A stretch of DNA of 64,000 nucleotides from an uncultured Candidatus Saccharibacteria bacterium. GTDB lineage: Bacteria > Patescibacteriota > Minisyncoccia > Phycocordibacterales > UBA9973. The notes under the pieces are model-generated. The model did no database searches and was not told the origin of the DNA. It was given only the letters and a program-made list of their open reading frames with translations. The stretch spans positions 13,882-77,881 of the forward strand of contig CAZCNB010000003.1 in NCBI GenBank assembly GCA_964500465.1, written 5' to 3'. The position numbers were made by a program, and so were the translations under genes. Positions 38,901 to 46,158 of this stretch are shown one piece after another. Every line of letters starts with the position of its first letter. The first letter of the stretch is position 1.

Positions 38901-39483
38901 GACAATATGCGAGAACCCTAACACCTTCATATAGAAGACCTTTTTTATTCATTTCACCAAGCGCCCACCATACACTCTCTATAAAAGAGTTATCCATTGT
39001 TTTGTAAGAATTTTCAAAATCAACCCAGCGACCGATTCGATCTACTGTTTTTTTCCATTCAGAAACATATGTTAAAACTTTACTACGAGCATGCTCAGTG
39101 AATTTTTCAACACCAAACTTTTCTATTTCCTTTTTACCAGAAATACCTAGATCTTTTTCCACTATATTCTCAATAGGTAATCCATGACAATCCCAACCCC
39201 AACGACGTGGTACTCTGAAACCTCTCATAGTCTGATAGCGACCAATAACATCTTTGGCAGTGGAACCAAGTATGTGACCATAGTGAGGAAGTCCAGTTGC
39301 AAATGGTGGTCCATCGTAGAAAACGTAATTTCCTTTTGGAGCATCTTTATCTAAACTTTTTTTGAAAGTATCATTCTCCTTCCAGAAATTTAAAATTTCT
39401 TCTTCGCGAATTGCAATGGAAGATTTTTTATTATCTATTTCTTTTGAATATCCTTTTGTTGGTTTTTCTTCGTTTCCTTGCAT
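35971..39483 (-). CDS. ileS: isoleucyl-tRNA synthetase, type 2 (eukaryote/archaeal-like), carrying an inserted histidine-phosphatase (PGAM-like) domain
   Basis: YDGPPFATGLPHYGHIL (HIGH region), a CP1 editing domain, WTISRNRYWASPLPIW, IDCWFESGSMPFAQ, and KMSKSKNN. Between the ISRNRYW segment and CWFESG lies ~170 aa with RHGET...SPFNRTRETT...VTHGG. The ORF-track start 39558 overlaps the leader terminator; ATG 39483 is the likely start. Confidence 0.85.
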   Translation of the reverse strand: MQGNEEKPTKGYSKEIDNKKSSIAIREEEILNFWKENDTFKKSLDKDAPKGNYVFYDGPPFATGLPHYGHILGSTAKDVIGRYQTMRGFRVPRRWGWDCHGLPIENIVEKDLGISGKKEIEKFGVEKFTEHARSKVLTYVSEWKKTVDRIGRWVDFENSYKTMDNSFIESVWWALGEMNKKGLLYEGVRVLAYCPRCETPIANSEIAMDNSYKDITDISVYVKFKLNIDSEIPTYLLAWTTTPWTLPGNTAIAVNNNLSYVFISHTPETGKEILILTPESYEKLKDKFVNPEFVKKVEGHELTGLTYEPVFTYYKDIDIPGKNNIWRVWHADFVTIDKGTGIAHEAPAFGEEDMKLAEENHISFIRHVEHNGVFSNIVTDFIGMKAKPKEDHQSTDIAIIKYLAHAGALFAKEKIIHSYPHCYRCDTPLLYYALPSWFVNIQKSKDEMLSSAKSMNWIPSHLKEGRFKNTMESAPDWTISRNRYWASPLPIWKNKAGEILFIKSNEELKAHTKKSGNTYFVMRHGETNHNVKNVVNTVTNSGSHLTEKGQEQVRASALDMKDKGIDLIITSPFNRTRETTKIVQDILGLSDEQIILDDRLHEISLPMYEGRTWAEYHTLYPKTVENFANAPEGNESYLDVKRRAMSFLFQLEEQYKNKKILIVTHGGPAWLMIAGASLFSIEETLELIRNKENYNYLNNAQVQELPFTYFPHNKDYDLDFHRPYIDFVPIEKDGEEYYRIPEVIDCWFESGSMPFAQDHFPFEREDWQKTNFPAGFVAEYIAQTRTWFYYTHTISTILFGKAPFENIVTTGTILAEDGQKMSKSKNNFPDPWILFDKYGVDALRFYLMSCPVMKGEDVNFSEKSVQDIASKIISRFENVVTFYELYRDTNFENSGESKSENVLDRWINARLGQLIDEVTKNMEMYDMSLSTRPFDLFIEDLSTWYLRRSRERLKDGDKDAKETLYKVIKTTVKLMAPFTPFIAESIWQKLKNSKDVESVHLSDWPKVEQIDENIISEMSIVRHVVTLGLEARQKAGIKVRQPLKSLSVKSYVLNDPFVEIVKDELNIKEVIYNESIDGPVVLDAHITLDLKKEGQYRELIRAIQDMRKEKGLNPSDVVTLKIATSVDGQDLINTWKDELLKIVGAERIDIAENSGVEVKIDELIFTITIS

Positions 39484-39700
39484 ATATAAAATAAAAACTC
39501 GTCCGCGTACAACAATTATAATAATTGCTATACAAGGACGAGTTTCTCGTGGTACCACCTTGCTTACTTCTCATTTTGTAGGGCTCTACTTCCAAAAAGG
39601 TTTCTTCCCCAAGCTCCAGAGTGATATCTCTTTCATCGCTTATATTTAAAGATTACTATATAAAACACATTTTTGCAAAGCTTGCATTTTATTTATCAAA
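39484..39700 (-). promoter_or_regulatory. T-box riboswitch leader of ileS (antiterminator, terminator, upstream stem region)
   Basis: On the mRNA strand the antiterminator reads CAAGG-UGGUACC-ACGAG-AAA-CUCGU-CCUUG, with the 7-nt bulge UGGUACC inside the T-box sequence AAGCAAGGUGGUACCACGAG. An overlapping terminator AAACUCGUCC...GGACGAGUUUUUAUUUU ends ~8 nt before the ATG. The upstream leader contains GAUAUCA, a candidate AUC specifier. Confidence 0.75.
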
Positions 39701-40123
39701 TATATAATATGAATTTGACATTGTAACTTACCTGAGGGGCTAACTAATATTTACAGTTTCCACTGTTTTGTGAAGTCGGTGAAAACGGAACGTGCTCACA
39801 CCGAAACTACATAAAAATTAATTTAGTACACCTCTAGGGAGACAATGGGCCAATGACCTGAGGAAGGTTATTGGCTCTATTTTTTTACTTGCATTATTTC
39901 TAAAAAGAAGTAGTATACAAACCAAGCTGAACCTTCTCCTGTTTTTAGGTGAATATGAAGGGTTATCCTAATGCAGTCTATGATCTCGGAAAAGTCCTTC
40001 GCAATGAAAAACCGAGGTATCTACTTGCATAGATTGTCTCCTAAAGACAATGTGCTCAGCCAGATGCTACATTGGCCCGGTGATGCGTACCCAAAAAGTA
40101 CGTTGACCCGGGCATTTTTTATT

Positions 40124-41848
40124 TTACATTTTCTCTGGAGTTTTTACTCCTAGGAGGTAGAGACCATTTTTCATAGTTTGGTAAAATGCTTCAACTATAG
40201 ATATACGATATGGAGCAAAAGGATCATTTTTATTTACTATAATAGTGTTACCATAGAAAGTATTAAACGCGCTTGCAAGCTCAGTTAGATATGTAGATAT
40301 GTGATGAGGTTCAAGAGTAAGATAAGATCTTTCTACGATTTCAGGGAATTGGTAAATCATTTTCTCAAGATTTGTAATTTCTATTGGTACATCTTTGTAT
40401 GATACACAAATACCTTCTAATTCCCCTTTTTTGATAATAGAATTTGCTCGGACTGCTGTGTATTGAAGATATGGACCAGAATCTCCTTCAAAAGATATAG
40501 ACTTTTCAAAATCATAAATAATATCCGAACCAAGTGAAGATTTAAGAATTGAATATTTTAGAGCTGATACTCCTACAATTTCAGATATTTCTTTTTTCTC
40601 TTCATCATTTAGTTCACGATCTTTTACTTTTTCATAAACTACTTCCATAGAATCATTTAATAGGGATTCACCTGTAACAACATTACCCTTTCTTGAAGAC
40701 ATCTTGCCCGAAGCAAGGCGCATCATCCCGTGAGTAATATGCTTCATGCGAGATTCATAATCAGGGTGAATAAGTGATACTGCTTTTTGAACAACTTTCA
40801 TATACTCACCTTGCTCTATTGCCGTCGTGATGATAGAAATATCTGGATTTTCTTTTTCAAATTTAGTAACAGTCAATCCAACTTCTTTTGTTTCATAGAG
40901 TGGTATCCCAAGTGAAGTGATAAATACACGGGTATGTAACTTGGGGTCATAGTTCTCTGCGTGAAATACAATAGCACCATCACTCTCTGTAAATACATTG
41001 CCAATATTTTCTCGGACAATTTTTTCTCCTATTGGAGCCATTTCACTTTCGAAGAAATAGTAGTTAAACTTTGTACCTAATTTCTTGTATATTTCTTCAA
41101 ATGCACGGAGTGTAATATCTCGACCCCAATCATATATTTTATTTATCTCATTATCAGATCTACTGTAGACTTTTTTGTTTATTTCATCGATTTGTATTTT
41201 AATAGCTTCACTATCTTCATATGCAGTTGCACCTTTTGAATAACATTCCCCTATCCAAAGAGCAAGTTCACTTGCAGGATCTGTTTTTAAAATATTTTCA
41301 TTATATGCTCCATCAGAAAGCCAAAGAATCCCATAAATAGCTTTTGCAACATGTAGGCCTACATCCCCTTGGTAATTTGCACGCACAGTATTTGCACCAG
41401 AGTATTCGACAATTCTAGAAATAGACTCGCCAATTGCGTTACTCATGAGGTGGCCAATATGAAAAGGTTTGAAAGGATTTGGCTGAGTATATTCAACCAT
41501 TACTTTTTTGCCAGATAAAAGATTATTATTTCCCCAGTTTTCTTTTTGTTTAAGAACTTCTTTTATACTATCTACAAAAAACTCATGTGATAAATAGAAA
41601 TTTATAAAACCAGCACCAGCAACTTCTATCTTTGATATTTCTTTTAGATTCTCTTTTTCAATTTCAGTTTTAATCTTTTCAGCAAGTTCTCTTGGACTTG
41701 TTCCTAGTTTTTTGGCATGTGCCATAGCAACATTGGTCGAATAATCACCATTATTTAAATCAGCTGGATGTTCAAGCGAAACATTCTGGGCTTCTATCCC
41801 AAGATTGCTTAAAGCATTTTTTATTAAAATTTCTATCTTTCTTTTCAT
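40124..41848 (-). CDS. argS: arginyl-tRNA synthetase
   Basis: HIGH region (PFHIGHLMSNAIG), catalytic core, C-terminal DALR anticodon-binding domain. The ORF track starts at 41890, overlapping dut; ATG 41848 abuts the dut stop. Confidence 0.9.
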   Translation of the reverse strand: MKRKIEILIKNALSNLGIEAQNVSLEHPADLNNGDYSTNVAMAHAKKLGTSPRELAEKIKTEIEKENLKEISKIEVAGAGFINFYLSHEFFVDSIKEVLKQKENWGNNNLLSGKKVMVEYTQPNPFKPFHIGHLMSNAIGESISRIVEYSGANTVRANYQGDVGLHVAKAIYGILWLSDGAYNENILKTDPASELALWIGECYSKGATAYEDSEAIKIQIDEINKKVYSRSDNEINKIYDWGRDITLRAFEEIYKKLGTKFNYYFFESEMAPIGEKIVRENIGNVFTESDGAIVFHAENYDPKLHTRVFITSLGIPLYETKEVGLTVTKFEKENPDISIITTAIEQGEYMKVVQKAVSLIHPDYESRMKHITHGMMRLASGKMSSRKGNVVTGESLLNDSMEVVYEKVKDRELNDEEKKEISEIVGVSALKYSILKSSLGSDIIYDFEKSISFEGDSGPYLQYTAVRANSIIKKGELEGICVSYKDVPIEITNLEKMIYQFPEIVERSYLTLEPHHISTYLTELASAFNTFYGNTIIVNKNDPFAPYRISIVEAFYQTMKNGLYLLGVKTPEKM

Positions 41849-41849
41849 A

Positions 41850-42278
41850 TTATTTATGACCAGTTGAACCAAAGCCTCCTCTGCTCTCATCTTTCATTTT
41901 ATCAACTTCTTCCCACTCTCCTATATCTACTCTTACAAAAGCGCCTTGGCCGATTCGTTCACCTTTTTCTATCTTAACATCATTGTCAGTCAAATTATAA
42001 ACCTGTAACAAAATCTCATCTTGCTCACCATGGTAATCGTTGTCTATATATCCAGTAGTCACAAGTAAACCCTTTTTCTTTAGAGTACTAGAGCGATCTT
42101 TTATCTCAAGCATATAACCTTTTGGAATTTCAATTATTACATTAGTAGGCAATCTCTCTAATCCTCTTGGCTTGATTACAGCATCAACACGTGAGTATAA
42201 ATCAAAAGCAACAGCACCAGATGTCTGATATTCAGGTAGTGGTAATGTATTATCGATTCTTTTAATATTTACTTTCAT
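41850..42278 (-). CDS. dut: dUTP pyrophosphatase
   Basis: Five dUTPase motifs, including the C-terminal RGGFGSTG. Confidence 0.9.
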   Translation of the reverse strand: MKVNIKRIDNTLPLPEYQTSGAVAFDLYSRVDAVIKPRGLERLPTNVIIEIPKGYMLEIKDRSSTLKKKGLLVTTGYIDNDYHGEQDEILLQVYNLTDNDVKIEKGERIGQGAFVRVDIGEWEEVDKMKDESRGGFGSTGHK

Positions 42279-42769
42279 TTTATTTCTAAAAAGAATTCTT
42301 TTAATAATTCTAGCGCATGAACGAAATCCTCTGGTTTTGTGTTAAGTAAGTTTTTTAATTCTTCTTTTGAAAACCACTTTACTTGCTCGAGTTCATTTTC
42401 TTGAATCTTAAATTTTGTATCCTTGGATATTTGCAGATTGTAAAAATAACAAAATTTGCTACCAGTTCGTGAGGTGTATAAAATTTTTTTAATTGGTTTG
42501 AGCGTAACACCTGTAATACCTAATTCTTCTTCTAATTCTTTATATGCATTGCTTTCATAAGTTTCCCCTTCTTCTACAGTACCTGCAACCCCAGGGCCCC
42601 ACAAACCAGGACTATGTTTCTTCTTAAATGATCTTTGAGCCATCAATATATTGTCGTTTCCATCTGTAATCCAAATAGCAGTAATGCGAACAATTTCGCC
42701 AGCTATTACATCATTTCTATCTTTATATTCTATTACTTCATCTTGATCATTTACTATCGGAATCTTCAT
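42275..42769 (-). CDS. NUDIX hydrolase
   Basis: Nudix box GTVEEGETYESNAYKELEEELGI. Confidence 0.8.
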   Translation of the reverse strand: MKIPIVNDQDEVIEYKDRNDVIAGEIVRITAIWITDGNDNILMAQRSFKKKHSPGLWGPGVAGTVEEGETYESNAYKELEEELGITGVTLKPIKKILYTSRTGSKFCYFYNLQISKDTKFKIQENELEQVKWFSKEELKNLLNTKPEDFVHALELLKEFFLEIK

Positions 42770-42805
42770 TAAATAAATATATCATGAATAGAGCTGTGAG
42801 TTTAT

Positions 42806-42834
42806 TTGACACAGTAGGTTTTAAATGATATAAT
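42806..42834 (+). promoter_or_regulatory. consensus sigma70-type promoter (TTGACA-17-TGnTATAAT) on the plus strand
   Basis: TTGACA 42806-42811, a 17-nt spacer, TG at 42826-42827, TATAAT 42829-42834. Confidence 0.6.
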
Positions 42835-42907
42835 GTAAAGAAATTTTTTATTGTTTTCCAAAGAAGATAGAAATCTGTCTTTTTCGGTAAAAAATAAAGA
42901 ATCTGTT

Positions 42908-43021
42908 ATGGGAAGAGTAAAAACAAAAGCCCGTTTAGATGCCGACCAAGATGGCTCTCGCCGTCGTAATGGATACACTCCGTATCCAAAAAAAATAAGG
43001 CACAGAAAGGGCAAGAGATGA
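42908..43021 (+). CDS. 37-aa highly basic peptide ORF (MGRVKTKARLDADQDGSRRRNGYTPYPKKIRHRKGKR), antisense context
   Basis: ATG 65 nt downstream of the consensus promoter, TGA stop, then a weak hairpin and a T-run (ggctagccgtaaggtaatgcctttt atttttt). Sits between convergently transcribed minus-strand tmk and NUDIX genes. No recognisable family. Confidence 0.35.
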   Translation: MGRVKTKARLDADQDGSRRRNGYTPYPKKIRHRKGKR

Positions 43022-43054
43022 CAACAATAGAGGCTAGCCGTAAGGTAATGCCTT

Positions 43055-43750
43055 TTATTTTTTAAGTAATATTTTCACTTTTTTATAAATTTCTTCGTGT
43101 ATATCTTCCCTAGTACGAACATTTTTACCGTCCGCACAATCTATTTTTTTAAAATATTTTAAAGTTTTTGAAAGCCATAGGGCGCTTTCACGAGAATTCT
43201 TTTGAAATTCTTTGTCAACTTCATGCACATCACTTCTACCCCCAGTATAGTTTCTCTTAGAGGTTGCATTTCTTTCCTTCATCATTTTAATAGAGACTTC
43301 AAGTGGGACGGATAAATATAAAACTACATCTGGTCTAGGGATTTTAAAAACTTTATGCTCCATAATATCGAGCCACTTTATAAATTCAGCTCTCTTTTTT
43401 GCATTTTTTATTTTTCCTCCTTGGTGAATTTGATTTGCAGAAACATATCTATTTGCAATTACCAGATACCCTTTCGCAAGCCAACCTTCGATCTCTTTTG
43501 ATGATTCCCATCTGTCAGCGGCGTAGAGTACCGATGCAATCTTTGGATGAACTTTTACAAAATTATAATATTGCTCAGAAAGGCAGTGGCCAATAAACTT
43601 ACCGAAAAAGTTTTTATAATATTCTGGAAAATCTACATTCTTTATTTTATATCCTTCCTTCTTTAGTCTTTCAGAAAGTAGAGCAACCTGTGTAGCTTTA
43701 CCACTTCCATCTGTACCATCTATAACTATAAATTTCCCCTTTTTTACCAT
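43055..43750 (-). CDS. tmk: thymidylate (dTMP) kinase
   Basis: P-loop FIVIDGTDGSGKATQ, DRW motif region (AADRWESS), LID. Confidence 0.85.
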   Translation of the reverse strand: MVKKGKFIVIDGTDGSGKATQVALLSERLKKEGYKIKNVDFPEYYKNFFGKFIGHCLSEQYYNFVKVHPKIASVLYAADRWESSKEIEGWLAKGYLVIANRYVSANQIHQGGKIKNAKKRAEFIKWLDIMEHKVFKIPRPDVVLYLSVPLEVSIKMMKERNATSKRNYTGGRSDVHEVDKEFQKNSRESALWLSKTLKYFKKIDCADGKNVRTREDIHEEIYKKVKILLKK

Positions 43751-43847
43751 AAAGCCATTATATAGGAGTAGTTTAAATAAGCCAAAATATCTTTATTTAC
43801 TTTATTTGAAATAGTGGTAATATGTCGATAAATCAAAACTAAAGTAT

Positions 43848-44411
43848 ATGATAGACAAACAACTAGAGTTGGGTGTCTGTCTGATACTCAACCAAGCACA
43901 AAGCCTTTTTCAAAAAAAGACTCAGGACTATGGAACTATATCTTGGCGAATTCTCAGAATGATATCATTGGCTGATCAGCTTTTCATAAAAGCTAAACGT
44001 ATTGGCGAAATATCAACTGGTATACAAAAAGTTACTGGTCCTGGTAATGACATAGAAAGTGAGTTCATAGGACTTATAAACTATGCTGTAATTGGAATGA
44101 TACAAAATAGGTTTGAAGAGTTACAGCCAGGGGAAAAACCTATGCCTGCAGAAGAAGCAATAAGTAACTACTCAGATATAGCTGACAAATTCTATAGTTA
44201 TTTCAAAAACCAACACGCTTACCTTGCAGATAAAATCCAAGGATATAGCACAAAAAAGTTCTCTGAAAAACTACAGATAAAATGCCAGAGGATTAAATAC
44301 ATATCCAAAATAAAAAATGAAGGTGCGCGCAAGATTGTTTTATTCGGTGCCTTTATGGAAATATTATTTTGGTCAACAGTTGGCCACGTAGCCTACAAAT
44401 CCACGCAATGA
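43848..44411 (+). CDS. hypothetical protein in the nucleotide-metabolism cluster
   Basis: 187 aa, soluble, with no catalytic motif I can name. The DYGTISWRILRMISLADQLFIKAKRI segment resembles a family I recall flanking thymidylate-metabolism genes (DUF1599-like; uncertain). Confidence 0.4.
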   Translation: MIDKQLELGVCLILNQAQSLFQKKTQDYGTISWRILRMISLADQLFIKAKRIGEISTGIQKVTGPGNDIESEFIGLINYAVIGMIQNRFEELQPGEKPMPAEEAISNYSDIADKFYSYFKNQHAYLADKIQGYSTKKFSEKLQIKCQRIKYISKIKNEGARKIVLFGAFMEILFWSTVGHVAYKSTQ

Positions 44412-44438
44412 TTCTAAATAAATCAACGCGTGGTATTT

Positions 44439-44871
44439 TTATTTCTTATCGTAGTAATTTTTACCTGTTTTATATGCATCTATCGCATGAGTACAGAAAC
44501 TAAATACCGGTGGAGGAATATTATCTATATCGCACCATTCCCAATTCTCACGTTTTTCTGGTTCCATAACTTTTGGTTCACCACTCTCCCAATCTGCAGT
44601 AAGTTCTATATTAACATAATGATGTGGTTCATAGGCAGTTACATTTTCAACTGCTAAAAATCTAACATTTTTAATAGTTACCCCCGGCTTCTTCTAAAGT
44701 CTCACGCTTTGCACAATCTTCAAATGATTCTCCGAAATCTAGATGCCCTCCTGGGAATGCATATTCACCCGCCCCATGTGAACCCTTACGTCTTCCCATA
44801 AGAACTTTTCCATCTTTGAAGATCATTATCCCAACACCTACTCTAATTTTTCCAAGATCGTTATTACTCAT
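44439..44871 (-). pseudogene. NUDIX hydrolase interrupted by a -1/+1 frameshift at a C5 run
   Basis: Frame A gives [66 protein letters not shown]. The adjacent frame continues the fold from 44680 ([60 protein letters not shown]...DKK*). The junction is at tacccccggc around 44670-44680, inside the Nudix box. Confidence 0.65.
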
Positions 44872-44872
44872 T

Positions 44873-45286
44873 TTACTCTTTAAAAATACTTTCTAAAATT
44901 TTTTTTATATCTTCTCTAGTTTCATAAGGAAATATTTCGCAGTGTGGACTGCCAACTATCATAGATGATACCCTTTTGCCCGGAGTATTATGATATAAAC
45001 AACAAATCCTTTTATTTAAATTCTCAGCATATGATATCTCATACCCAACACCAAGCGAAGGTGTAGTAATATCGGCTATTATTATTTCTGAATCTTTTAT
45101 TAGTGCAACATCTCGATCATATATCTCTTTATCTGTCATACCAACAGTCCCATAGCTTGTCAGATTTTTATCTGAAACAAACTCTGTGAGAACTTCACCG
45201 TATCCTTGCAAAAGTCCTACGATATATTCATACCATTCTTGATGTTCTCTACCTCCTTTGATTGACCCTGAAAAATATATTTTCAT
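44873..45286 (-). CDS. 2'-deoxynucleoside 5'-phosphate N-hydrolase (DNPH1/Rcl-like; nucleoside 2-deoxyribosyltransferase superfamily)
   Basis: [23 protein letters not shown]...[28 protein letters not shown] aligns with DNPH1 (YFCGSIRGGR...[10 protein letters not shown]...NKRILCLF). Confidence 0.75.
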   Translation of the reverse strand: MKIYFSGSIKGGREHQEWYEYIVGLLQGYGEVLTEFVSDKNLTSYGTVGMTDKEIYDRDVALIKDSEIIIADITTPSLGVGYEISYAENLNKRICCLYHNTPGKRVSSMIVGSPHCEIFPYETREDIKKILESIFKE

Positions 45287-45289
45287 AAA

Positions 45290-45757
45290 TTATTTATCAC
45301 TTAGTTCTTTTAAGGCTTCTTCTGCGTAAAATTTAATATTTGGAACCAAATCCATAATTTGTAAATCTTCCATTGTTGCCCATTTTATTTCTGATCCTTT
45401 TTCGTGTTCAAGAATAGAATCTGATATAACATCGGTATTTGATTTAGCAAAATACACATGCACCAGGTGCTCATGAGTATCATTCACTCTATGGCGACCT
45501 AGATATTGCGGGGGCATGATTATCTTGAAATCTTTCTCTCCTAAATCAGGAACAGGTTTACCTATAAGCTCTATATCAAGCCCAACTTCTTCTTTAACTT
45601 CACGAATTGCTGCTTCTATCGGATCTTCATCAAGTTCAATATGACCACCTACTGAACACCAGACATTGTATTTGTCATGCATACGAAGAAGGACTTTGTC
45701 TTTGTAGACGATAAATACTTCTACTGTAAAATCTATTTTTTCGTGAATGTGGGGCAT
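45290..45757 (-). CDS. NUDIX hydrolase
   Basis: GGHIELDEDPIEAAIREVKEEVGL. Confidence 0.8.
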   Translation of the reverse strand: MPHIHEKIDFTVEVFIVYKDKVLLRMHDKYNVWCSVGGHIELDEDPIEAAIREVKEEVGLDIELIGKPVPDLGEKDFKIIMPPQYLGRHRVNDTHEHLVHVYFAKSNTDVISDSILEHEKGSEIKWATMEDLQIMDLVPNIKFYAEEALKELSDK

Positions 45758-45758
45758 G

Positions 45759-46157
45759 TTATTTAATTAGCTTAATAACTTCTTTAAAATATATATCCAT
45801 CGGTTCTAATTTTTCGATTTCTTCTATTGAAAACCATCCATATTGATCGTGTTCATCGCTGATAACTACTTCTCCATCTGCTTCACCTATATAAGTAAGT
45901 CTTAAAACATGTCTACCTTCTACACGTAGTATATCTTGAGCTTCGATCAATTTTGGTTTTCCATTTATTTCAAGACCAGTTTCTTCCATTACCTCCCTTT
46001 TTAGATTGTCTACCAGAGTGCTTCCCGGATCAATCCGTCCGCCGACTATATCCCATTTTGCTCCAACCTCTGGATACTTTTCTGCCGAACGTCTAACAAG
46101 GAGATATTTTCCTTCTTTATTCTTCAGCAAAATTTTTACACCAACTTGGAGATCCAT
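45759..46157 (-). CDS. NUDIX hydrolase
   Basis: GGRIDPGSTLVDNLKREVMEETGL. Confidence 0.8.
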   Translation of the reverse strand: MDLQVGVKILLKNKEGKYLLVRRSAEKYPEVGAKWDIVGGRIDPGSTLVDNLKREVMEETGLEINGKPKLIEAQDILRVEGRHVLRLTYIGEADGEVVISDEHDQYGWFSIEEIEKLEPMDIYFKEVIKLIK

Positions 46158-46158
46158 G

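Noticed and set aside
39971-40153. 60-aa plus-strand ORF in the ileS-argS spacer
   Set aside because: No SD and no similarity. The region is better described as structured non-coding sequence with terminator hairpins.
42802-43014. 70-aa minus-strand ORF in the tmk-NUDIX spacer
   Set aside because: Hydrophobic/odd composition and no start context. The same DNA carries a consensus plus-strand promoter and a compact basic ORF, which explains the region better. Neither is proven.
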